The notes beneath the pieces are model-generated. The model ran no database searches, was not told the DNA's origin, and saw only the letters and a list, made by a program, of their open reading frames with translations. The translations under genes were made by a program, and so were the position numbers. DNA of 63,905 nucleotides, the filler included, from Myxococcota bacterium (GTDB lineage Bacteria; Myxococcota_C; UBA6777): NCBI GenBank assembly GCA_023150835.1. It is 4 parts of 4 records of this genome, joined end to end, with 100 filler letters (N's around TTAATTAATTAA, not from the genome) between each part and the next. Parts side by side here need not be neighbours in the genome. Positions count along the whole stretch, not along the records: positions 1 to 17,984 come from JAKLKB010000137.1; 3 more parts are not named here. The stretch is one strand, 5' to 3'. Positions within the stretch are counted from its first letter, which is position 1; every line of letters starts with the position of its first letter. Below, in pieces: positions 1 to 7,783 of the stretch.

Positions 1-224
1 GGGCAGCGTCTGCATTTGGTGCATACAGCGTGCGTCATGAAAAAACAAAATCCCCGATGCTTCCGACTTTCGCTCCCTCCCCTGTTCACGGGGGAGGGCG
101 GGGTGGGGGGCTTTCCTCCGCTTCACCTAACGCCTATGGGCCCGAGATTGATGCCAGGGACACCAGCAACATCGTGGGGGGCTTTCCTCCGCTTCACCTA
201 ACGCCTATGGGGCAGCGCCCCACA
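1..224. repeat. Family C palindromic dispersed element (partial, window start) with an internal 38-bp direct duplication
   Basis: Close match to 35751-35931 and, inverted, to 18224-18463 and 35497-35650; ends in a TGGGGCAGCGCCCCA hairpin; 103-140 is repeated at 174-211. Confidence 0.85.
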
Positions 225-238
225 ACACCGAAATTGGA

Positions 239-1312
239 CTATGCTTTTTGTTGACGGAGCCAGTCGTACCAAGCGGCCATGCCATCACCCGAGCGGGCAG
301 AGACTTGGAGGATGGCGGCGTCGGGTTGGATGGTGCGGATGGCGTCGAGTGCGCGGGGGAGATCGTAATCGAGGTAAGGCAAGAGGTCGATCTTGGTCAG
401 TAGGACGAGATCGGCGGAGCGGAAGATGTGGGGGTATTTGAGGGGTTTGTTTTCGCCTTCGGTGACGGACATCAAGACGATGCGCTTGTGTTCGCCGAGA
501 TCAAAGAGCGAGGGACAGACGAGGTTTCCGACATTTTCGATAAAGAGCAAGGTTTTGTCTTGGAGAGGGAGTTGGGGGAGGGCTGCCCAGATCATCTCGG
601 CTTCAAGATGGCAGCCTTTGCCTGTGTTGACTTGGATGGCGGGAGTTCCTGTTGCGCGGATCGATTCGGCATCCAAAGAAGTGGCTTGATCGCCCTCGAT
701 GACAGCGCAAGGTGCGCCGATCTCGCGCAAAGTACGTTCGAGCAAGCAAGTCTTCCCCGCCCCGGGCGAACTCATCAGATTCAGCGCAAACACACCCCGC
801 CCTGCAAAAAATCCCCGATTTCGCTCCGCGATCCGATCGTTTTTCTCCAGCACACGCTGCTCCAAAAGATGAAGGTCCAAAACCTCCGTCTCTGCGGCTT
901 TTGAGGCTTTGGGCGGATGCGGATGTTCGTGAGAGTGCGGATGTTCGTGGGAGTGCGGATGTTCGTGAGAGTGCGGATGTTCGTGGAAGTGCGGATGTTC
1001 GTGGGAGTGCGGATGTTCGTGGGAGTGCGGATGTTCGTGGGTATGCGGATGTTCGTGGGTATGCGGATGTTCGTGGGTATGCGGATGTTCGTGTTCGTGC
1101 GGATGTTCGTGGGAGTGCGGATGTTCGTGTTCGTACGGATGTTCGTGAGAGTGCGGATGTTCGTGTTCGTGCGGATGTTCGTGAGAGTGCGGATGTTCGT
1201 GTGTGTGTGTATGCGGATGTTCGTGTGTATGTGTATGGAGTGGGATGGATTGTCCATGTTGGTTGGAGAGGGTGGTGTTGTTTGTGTTGCCACATCCGCA
1301 AGTTATGCACAT
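239..1312 (-). CDS. hypB: Hydrogenase nickel-insertion GTPase HypB with a very long His-rich linker
   Basis: N-terminal MCITCGC, P-loop SSPGAGKT, GCHLEA, ENVGNLVCP, TKIDL; last gene of the hyp operon. Confidence 0.97.
   Translation of the reverse strand: MCITCGCGNTNNTTLSNQHGQSIPLHTHTHEHPHTHTHEHPHSHEHPHEHEHPHSHEHPYEHEHPHSHEHPHEHEHPHTHEHPHTHEHPHTHEHPHSHEHPHSHEHPHFHEHPHSHEHPHSHEHPHSHEHPHPPKASKAAETEVLDLHLLEQRVLEKNDRIAERNRGFFAGRGVFALNLMSSPGAGKTCLLERTLREIGAPCAVIEGDQATSLDAESIRATGTPAIQVNTGKGCHLEAEMIWAALPQLPLQDKTLLFIENVGNLVCPSLFDLGEHKRIVLMSVTEGENKPLKYPHIFRSADLVLLTKIDLLPYLDYDLPRALDAIRTIQPDAAILQVSARSGDGMAAWYDWLRQQKA
914..1240 (-). repeat. 18-bp coding tandem repeat encoding (HEHPHx)n
   Basis: About 17 units of GCGGATGTTCGTG(N5) on the + strand. 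Confidence 0.95.
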
Positions 1313-1644
1313 GGTTCGGTCTCCATTTCTTTGATCAGGAGCTCGTCACCGCTGAGGATGCGGAGGCGGGCTTTTTTTTCGCAAGGGCAAAGGGCAGAGA
1401 AGGAGGGAAGAGAAAGGATCTGATCGCAACCGAGGCATTGAGCGCGAGCGGGGAGGGTGTCGATGTGGAGGGTGGCTCCTTGTGCGAGGGTTCCGGCGGC
1501 GCAGGCATCGAAGCAGAAGCGGAGTGCGGAGATCTCGACGTTGGTGAGTGTGCCGACGTGGAGTCGGATAGAGCGGATGGTTTGGCCGTTGGCGTGTTGG
1601 AGTGCGACGCGGAGGATATCGCGAGTAAGGGAGAGTTCGTGCAT
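1303..1644 (-). CDS. hypA: Hydrogenase nickel metallochaperone HypA
   Basis: Starts MHELSL; CxxC (CLGC) and CPC motifs; ATG overlaps the hypE stop (TAATG). Confidence 0.95.
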   Translation of the reverse strand: MHELSLTRDILRVALQHANGQTIRSIRLHVGTLTNVEISALRFCFDACAAGTLAQGATLHIDTLPARAQCLGCDQILSLPSFSALCPCEKKARLRILSGDELLIKEMETEPCA

Positions 1645-2783
1645 TAGCAGATCCGAGGGAGTTGTTCGCCGACGAGCATGGCAAGGATGCGCTCGCCGCC
1701 GAAGCCATTTTGAAGGGTGACGATGCCTTTGGGTTCGGGGCGACAAGAGCCGATGATGGCGGCGTGTTGTCCGAGAGGATGGGCGCGCATGACGGCGAGA
1801 GCGGTTTGGGCTTGTTCGGCAGGGACGGCGAGAGCGAGTTTGCCTTCGTTGGCGAGGTGGATGGGATCGAAGCCAAGGATCTCACAGAAGCCTTGAACTT
1901 CGGGGCGGATGGGGATCTTTGTGGCGTCGATGGCGATGTGGAGGTTGGAGGCTTGAGCGATCTCGTTGAGGGTGGCGGCGAGTCCGCCGCGAGTGAGGTC
2001 GCGCATGGCGCGGGGAGTGATCTTGGCATCGAGTAAGGCTGCGATCAGTCCGTGGAGTGGGGCGCAGTCGCTTTCGATGGTGGTTTCGAGTTGAAGTTCG
2101 CCGCGTGCGATCAAGATCGCTGCGCCATGATCGCCGAGGTATCCGTTGATCAGGATGGCGTCGTTGGGTTGAAGTTGGTGGGCGGCGATCTGTTGAGAAG
2201 CGGGGATCACGCCGATGCCAGCGGTGGAGATGAAGATCTTGTCGGCGGCTCCGCGAGGGACGACTTTGGTATCGCCTGTGACGATCTGGACACCGGCTTG
2301 ACGGGCGGCTTGGCCCATACTGGCGAGGATCTCGCGCAAAGTGTCCATCGGAAGGCCCTCTTCGAGAATCAGGCTGCAAGAAAGGTAGAGTGGGCGTGCG
2401 CCCGACACAGCCAGATCGTTGATCGTGCCGTTGACTGCGAGTTTTCCGATATCACCGCCCGGGAAAAACAAGGGGCTGACAACGTAGCCGTCTGTTGTAA
2501 AGGCCAAGCGGTCGCCGTGGAGGGCCATCTCAGCAAGAGAAAAGCGGGCTTGGTCTTCTTGGATCTGGAGGTTGGGGTTGTCAAAGGCGCTACGGATCAC
2601 ATCGTCGATCAGGTCGCGCATGGCTTTTCCGCCGCCACCGTGGGCTTGGGTGATCACCGTGTCGCGCACACGCCCTGCGCGGCGACGGGCACCTTCGATG
2701 CGATCCCACAGTTGGGGAGAGGGATAGCGGGCCTCTGTGCTGTCGGGGACGGGCTGTCGGGTGGGCTTGGTGTCGGTCATCAT
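1644..2783 (-). CDS. hypE: Hydrogenase maturation protein HypE
   Basis: AHGGGGKAM, FTTDGYVVSPLFFPGGDIG, C-terminal EQLPRIC; start coupled to the hypD stop, AGGAG upstream. Confidence 0.97.
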   Translation of the reverse strand: MMTDTKPTRQPVPDSTEARYPSPQLWDRIEGARRRAGRVRDTVITQAHGGGGKAMRDLIDDVIRSAFDNPNLQIQEDQARFSLAEMALHGDRLAFTTDGYVVSPLFFPGGDIGKLAVNGTINDLAVSGARPLYLSCSLILEEGLPMDTLREILASMGQAARQAGVQIVTGDTKVVPRGAADKIFISTAGIGVIPASQQIAAHQLQPNDAILINGYLGDHGAAILIARGELQLETTIESDCAPLHGLIAALLDAKITPRAMRDLTRGGLAATLNEIAQASNLHIAIDATKIPIRPEVQGFCEILGFDPIHLANEGKLALAVPAEQAQTALAVMRAHPLGQHAAIIGSCRPEPKGIVTLQNGFGGERILAMLVGEQLPRIC

Positions 2784-3919
2784 CGCTCCTGCGGTAGGGT
2801 GCGTGTGGTTGCGAGGCGGCCATAGTTGTAATAAGCGGCGCAAGCGCCTTCGGAAGACACCATACAAGCGCCGATCGGGGTTTCGGGGGTGCAGGCGGTT
2901 CCAAAGACTTTGCACTGCCAAGGTTTGATCGCGCCTTTGAGGACTTCACCGCACTGACAGGCTTTGGGGTCGGGGACAGAGCGCGAAGGCAGCAAGAAGC
3001 GTTTTTCTGCGTCAAGATGAGCATATTCGGGGCGGATCTGTAGGCCGGAGTTGGGGATCGAGCCAAGGCCGCGCCATTCAAAGCATTCACGGGGCAAGAA
3101 GACTTTTTCGAGGGCTTGTTGGGCGATGCGGTTTCCGCTGTTTTGGACGACGCGCTTGTATTGATTTTCGACGGTACATCGGCCTGTTTGGAACTGTTCG
3201 AGCAGCATCACAAGGGATTGTAAGAGATCGAGGGGTTCAAAGCCGCTGATCACGATGGGCTTGTGGTGGGTCTCGCAAAGGGCGAGGTAGGGTTCGAGGC
3301 CGATTACCATTGTCACATGGCCGGGGCCGATGAATCCGTCGATTTGGAGGAGGGGATCATCGAGTAGTGCTTGAAGTGTCGGGATGATGGTGATGTGCGT
3401 GGAAAAGAGGAAGAAGTTGGAGAGACCTTCTTCGTGAGCTTGTAGGAGCGTTAACGCGGCGGAAGGAGCGGTGGTTTCAAAGCCGATACCAAAAAAGACG
3501 ACGTCGCGGTCGGGGGATTGGCGGGCGAGGGCGAGGGCGTCGCTTGGTGAGTAGACGGTGCGGATATCGGCTCCTTCGGCTTTGCATTGAAGGAGACTTT
3601 TTTGGGAACCCGGGACGCGGAGGGTGTCGCCGTATGTGGTAAAGATCACGTTGGGTTGTGTGGCGATGGCGATGGCGTCGTCGACACAGCCGACAGGAAG
3701 GACGCAGACAGGGCATCCCGGGCCGTGAACCATCTCGATCCCTTCGGGGAGCATGGACTCGATCCCGAACTTAAAGAGGGTGTGGGTATGGCCGCCGCAA
3801 ACTTCCATGATCTTGAGTGGGTGCTGTGCGTCTCGCCCCAATACACGGACTTGATGGGTGATCTGCTGTAAGAGTTGTTGGCCAGTTACTGGATCACGAA
3901 ATTCGTCAACGTATCTCAC
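2780..3919 (-). CDS. hypD: Hydrogenase maturation protein HypD
   Basis: MEVCGGHTH, HGPGCPVC, GFETT, GPGHV, GACMVSSEGAC; GTG start inferred. Confidence 0.97.
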   Translation of the reverse strand: MRYVDEFRDPVTGQQLLQQITHQVRVLGRDAQHPLKIMEVCGGHTHTLFKFGIESMLPEGIEMVHGPGCPVCVLPVGCVDDAIAIATQPNVIFTTYGDTLRVPGSQKSLLQCKAEGADIRTVYSPSDALALARQSPDRDVVFFGIGFETTAPSAALTLLQAHEEGLSNFFLFSTHITIIPTLQALLDDPLLQIDGFIGPGHVTMVIGLEPYLALCETHHKPIVISGFEPLDLLQSLVMLLEQFQTGRCTVENQYKRVVQNSGNRIAQQALEKVFLPRECFEWRGLGSIPNSGLQIRPEYAHLDAEKRFLLPSRSVPDPKACQCGEVLKGAIKPWQCKVFGTACTPETPIGACMVSSEGACAAYYNYGRLATTRTLPQER

Positions 3920-4214
3920 CCGTTCCCTCCGAAGTTTTGGTGTCTGTGGGTTCGATCGAGGCGATCTCTTTTTGGAGATCGCCCATCTCACGCAAGAGGT
4001 CGAGCGTTCGTTGAGCTTCTTGTGGATCGATGCGATTCATCGCGAAACCGACATGCACAAGCACCCACGCACCCACGCAAGTCCCGATGGCGTGGTCTTG
4101 ATCGACGATGCAGGCAAGATTTATAGTGCGACGAACGCCGCCGATCTCGACGATGCCGAGCTTGCGGGCGGTATCCGTCACTTGGATGATTTGTCCGGGG
4201 ATTCCTAAACACAT
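3906..4214 (-). CDS. hypC: Hydrogenase chaperone HypC
   Basis: MCLGIPG start and VLVHVGFA motif. Confidence 0.97.
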   Translation of the reverse strand: MCLGIPGQIIQVTDTARKLGIVEIGGVRRTINLACIVDQDHAIGTCVGAWVLVHVGFAMNRIDPQEAQRTLDLLREMGDLQKEIASIEPTDTKTSEGTGEIR

Positions 4215-4318
4215 ACGCTCCCTCCGTCTGTTGCGTCCCCCGTGTTGTGCCAGAACTGCTCGAAATATGCAACCGTGCGGAGAGGCGGGGCTTGGGGAGG
4301 GCCTTTGATTGGAGTCGA

Positions 4319-4765
4319 TCAGTACCCGAGCATCTTTTTCTTAAGAGCAGAGCAAAGCGCAGACTTTTTCGCCGAATCTTTTTCGGGCAAGGCTCGGCAG
4401 ATTTGGAGGTATTGTTGTTCGAGGCTTGCATTTCGCGTTTGCGTCGTGGTTTTACCCCAACTGCCGAGTGCGATGGAACCTGAAGCGTAAGCACGAACTT
4501 TTTGCATCCGTGATCGCCAGAGGAGTTCTTTTTGGGAAGGATTGCGCTCTTGTCGTTTGTAACGACCTGTCGGCGTGGAGGCTTTTGTGGTCATCGCTTC
4601 GCGGGTGGTTCCACAAAAATCGCGTGGATCTTTTGGGCGCGGGGTTGCTGGAGCCGTTGACTGGAGTGCTTGTGGGCTGTGTGTGATGGCTTGTGGGCGG
4701 TTGATTTCTTGTTTGCAACCGAACAACAAACACGCACTGAGAACGATATATCCGTGGTTTCGCAT
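4319..4765 (-). CDS. Hypothetical lipoprotein
   Basis: Signal peptide with lipobox-like LFGC; same orientation as neighbours. Confidence 0.6.
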   Translation of the reverse strand: MRNHGYIVLSACLLFGCKQEINRPQAITHSPQALQSTAPATPRPKDPRDFCGTTREAMTTKASTPTGRYKRQERNPSQKELLWRSRMQKVRAYASGSIALGSWGKTTTQTRNASLEQQYLQICRALPEKDSAKKSALCSALKKKMLGY

Positions 4766-4781
4766 CGTTTAGAATCCTTGG

Positions 4782-5195
4782 TCATGGACTGGGGTAGTTA
4801 GGGCAGACAAATTCCCTGTCCGTCCAAACTTTACAGCGTTTTTTTTCACAGATGGCTTTGGACGTGAAGGGGAGATCAAAAACGAAGCCTCTTTTGCCAT
4901 CGCAGTCTTTGGAAAAGTAGCGATCATGAAAGACTCGGAATTCTCTGTATTTTTTGGATGCCGCAAAGCCATCCACAAAACGGATAAATTCTCTGCGCTC
5001 GCATGTCCGTAGCATACCTTTGACAGCGAGAAGTTCGCAATCATCATTCTTTTCACAATCGTTGGGATGAGTTTCAACAAATTTTTGAAAAGCATCGTCG
5101 ATCTCTCCGCAAGGCATGAGCGCGATCTGTGCATCGAGACAAGACATCCCAAAAAAGCTCCAACACAAAAGCAAGACAAAGAAAAACCTTCTCAT
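4782..5195 (-). CDS. Secreted Cys-rich protein, tandem paralog 3 (most divergent)
   Basis: Signal/lipobox-like start (GMSC); HPNDCEKNDDCELLAVKG and YFSKDCDGKR shared with both neighbours. Confidence 0.8.
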   Translation of the reverse strand: MRRFFFVLLLCWSFFGMSCLDAQIALMPCGEIDDAFQKFVETHPNDCEKNDDCELLAVKGMLRTCERREFIRFVDGFAASKKYREFRVFHDRYFSKDCDGKRGFVFDLPFTSKAICEKKRCKVWTDREFVCPNYPSP

Positions 5196-5271
5196 CAGGA
5201 GGCTCTTTCATTACGAAAAGGGAGCGGGCTCACGGGCCTTACCGAAGCAAGCCCGCCTCTTCAGGGGTGGG

Positions 5272-5679
5272 TCATGGCATGTGAGGGCAGACAAATTCGT
5301 CATTTGTTTGAACTTTGCAACGTTTGTTGTAGCATACGGCTTGAGAGGTTAATGGACGATCAAAGGCGTGAGCCCTTTTGCCGTCGCAGTCTTTGGAAAA
5401 ATAGCGATCATGAAACAGTCTAAATTCATTGTATTTCTTGGATGCAGCAAATCCATCTGCATAACCGAGAAATTCATGTTCATTACATCGATTAAACTCT
5501 CCTTTCACCGCGAGAAGTTCGCAATCATCATCTTTTTCGCAATCATTTGGGTGATTTTCAGCAAATTTTCGAAAAGCTTCATGGAGTTCAGGACACGACA
5601 TCAACGCAATTTGCGTGTCAAGACAAGAAATTCCCAAAAAGCTCCAGCACAAAAGCAAGACAAAGAAAATATTTCTCAT
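5272..5679 (-). CDS. Secreted Cys-rich protein, tandem paralog 2
   Basis: Colinear with 5692-6099 at an exact 420-bp offset. Confidence 0.8.
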   Translation of the reverse strand: MRNIFFVLLLCWSFLGISCLDTQIALMSCPELHEAFRKFAENHPNDCEKDDDCELLAVKGEFNRCNEHEFLGYADGFAASKKYNEFRLFHDRYFSKDCDGKRAHAFDRPLTSQAVCYNKRCKVQTNDEFVCPHMP

Positions 5680-5691
5680 CAGGAGGCTCTT

Positions 5692-6099
5692 TCATGGCAT
5701 GTGAGGGCAGACAAATTCGTCATTTCTTTGGACTTTGCAACGTTTGTTGTAGCAAACGGCTTGAGAGGTGAATGGGCCATCAAAATTGAGAGCCCTTTTG
5801 CCGTCGCAGTCTTTGGAAAAATAGCGATCATGAAACAATCTAAATTCATTGTATTTCTTGGACGCAGCGAATCCATCTGCATAGCCGAGAAATTCTCTAC
5901 GTTCACATTGATTAAGCTCTCCTTTCACCGCAAGAAGTTCGCAATCATCATCTTTTTCGCAGTCATTCGGGTGATTTTCAGCAAATTTTCGAAAAGCTTC
6001 GCCGAGTTCAGGACACGACATCAACGCGATCTGCACGCCGATGCAAGACGTCCCAAAAAAGCTCCAACACAAAAATAATGCAAAATAAGTCTTTTTCAT
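5692..6099 (-). CDS. Secreted Cys-rich protein, tandem paralog 1
   Basis: MKKTYFALFLCWSFFGTSC start with a purine-rich RBS; same Cys spacing as the other two. Confidence 0.8.
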   Translation of the reverse strand: MKKTYFALFLCWSFFGTSCIGVQIALMSCPELGEAFRKFAENHPNDCEKDDDCELLAVKGELNQCERREFLGYADGFAASKKYNEFRLFHDRYFSKDCDGKRALNFDGPFTSQAVCYNKRCKVQRNDEFVCPHMP

Positions 6100-6128
6100 G
6101 ATCTTCTCCCTTTCTTTCCTAGCCTTGC

Positions 6129-7144
6129 TTATCGACAAGGCCACTGTTCTGTATTGAGCAATTTTCGGCAAAGATGTTTTTCCATCACCTCGAAATCATT
6201 GCCACCTCGAAGCCCGTACACCGTACCCGATGGTGTGGGGGTGGAGACACTGTATGTCCCGTCCGCAAAGGGTAGGAATTGGATGGAGGAAGAAAAATCT
6301 CCGACTGCGGGGATCTGGAGCGTTGTGGAAGGTGGGGTGAGTACGGCCAAGCCTTTGGTGGCGGCGGTTTCAGGGTCTTCAAAAAAGGCGTTGGAAACAA
6401 CGTGATCGGACGGCCAATTGTAGCGGATCGACCATCTTTGGAAAATGGCAGGGGGGGCGTTTGGTGGGCTGCTTGGATGCAGATCTGCAGTTGTCAACGC
6501 GGACTTTGAAAGGAAAGCGATGGAGCGTTGTGTGTCTCCGTTTCTTTTCGTCACGGTGGCGATCAAATGCCCCGTGTTGGGGGAGATCTCGTTGCCATTT
6601 GTCCAACGTGGGGAGTGAAAGACAATGGCGGGCTTGTTAAGCGTTTTGATCGATCCATCGGCGTCTTCGATGAATTCCCATCGTAAGTCTGCTCCGATAG
6701 TGGCGAGGCACCAAAAGCTAACATCCGCTGTCGAGAGTATGTCTGCGCGCGTCGAAGAAAGAAGCATATATGTTTTTCCCTCGTTGTTAGTCGCGAGATG
6801 GGGAATGTTGACAAGGCTCGGACTAAAGGATGTTGCGGGTGCCTCTGGAACGTTTGCTTTGTAGCGGGGAAGAGGTCGTATATGTAGACTACGGTATCGG
6901 GCGCATGGGAAGGATTGGTTGCCACCAAGTTGTGTGTGCGCAGGGCGTATGTACCCGGGCCTTTTTCTCCAAAGTCGTATGTGAAAATGCCGGTGGTTTG
7001 GATATTTTTCAGCACATGATCGGCTGCGGATGCTTTGGCTCCCCACCCAAGAAACAACCCCGCTGTGGCGAAAAGATCGCAGAAGACAGTTTCGCTCTTT
7101 GTTGGCTGTGAAAAAAAACTATCTTTTTGTTCAGTTTTTTTCAT
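6129..7144 (-). pseudogene. Probable frameshifted or internally deleted exported protein (two overlapping frames)
   Basis: Frame 6563-7144 reads protein-like with a signal-like segment to about 6860; frame 6129-7046 reads protein-like from about 6855 on. Confidence 0.4.
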
Positions 7145-7406
7145 GCGATTTACCTTCGGGCAAACGGTTCACGTGTGTGATCTGGCGTTGTTTTTTGAGG
7201 AAATAAGGTGTGAATCAAAGGTGGGAGAGGTTTCAAAATTTCCCCGAAGTCGTTTTGAGAGTTACACAACGTTCAGGGATGTGTCAACAGAAAAGATCGC
7301 AGAAAAGTGGATCAAAAGAGAATGATTTTCATCGAATGATGTTTGAAAGAGAAGGAGTAAGAAGAAGAAAGAGTTCCTTTTGAGAGAGACGATTTCTCTA
7401 TAAAAT

Positions 7407-7607
7407 AGGAGTTACGCAGTTGAAAAGGAAACCGCGAAAATCAGCCCGTTGTAGGGGCGTATTGCATACGCCCAAGACTGAAAATCAGCCTGTTGTAGGA
7501 GCGGTTCGCGAACCACCCAAGACTGAAAATCAGCTTGTTGTAGGGGCGGTTCGCGAACCGCCCAAGACCGAAGATGTGCCTTTTTTGTGCCCAACCGCGT
7601 AAGTCCT
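7407..7607. mobile_element. Family A MITE-like element with three tandem GTAG-type REP units
   Basis: TIRs AGGAGTTACGCAGTTG / CAACCGCGTAAGTCCT; three ~45-bp units containing GTAGGGGCGGTTCGCGAACCGCCC-like palindromes; inverted one-unit copy at 34411-34524. Confidence 0.85.
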
Positions 7608-7609
7608 AT

Positions 7610-7779
7610 AGGAGTTACGCAGTTGCCAAAAAAAAGCCGTGTTCGCGACACTGCAAGCGACATCGTCGTTGTGTTGAAAAACCTGTGCTCTCTTCGCCAA
7701 ATACGGGGTCAAGGGAGCCGCGCTCCCTTGTGGTGTGTGGGGTGAAACCCCACAAAAACCGTCCAACTGCATAACTCCT
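7610..7779. mobile_element. Family B MITE-like element with the same TIRs as family A
   Basis: TIRs AGGAGTTACGCAGTTG / CAACTGCATAACTCCT; core CCGTGTTCGCG..CAAGCGA..TTCGCC..CGGGGTCAAGGG..GGGG-N5-CCCCAC recurs about 10 times in the window. Confidence 0.85.
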
Positions 7780-7783
7780 ATCT

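Noticed and set aside
603-1647. Several long alternative-frame ORFs over the hypB repeat
   Set aside because: They are shadows of a stop-free 18-bp repeat; only the HypB frame has family motifs.
4782-6099. Diversity-generating retroelement template/variable pair
   Set aside because: Differences between copies are not confined to adenines, include synonymous changes, and no reverse transcriptase is present.
7436-7570. CRISPR array
   Set aside because: The units are tandem REP modules with no unique spacers, and no cas genes are in the window.
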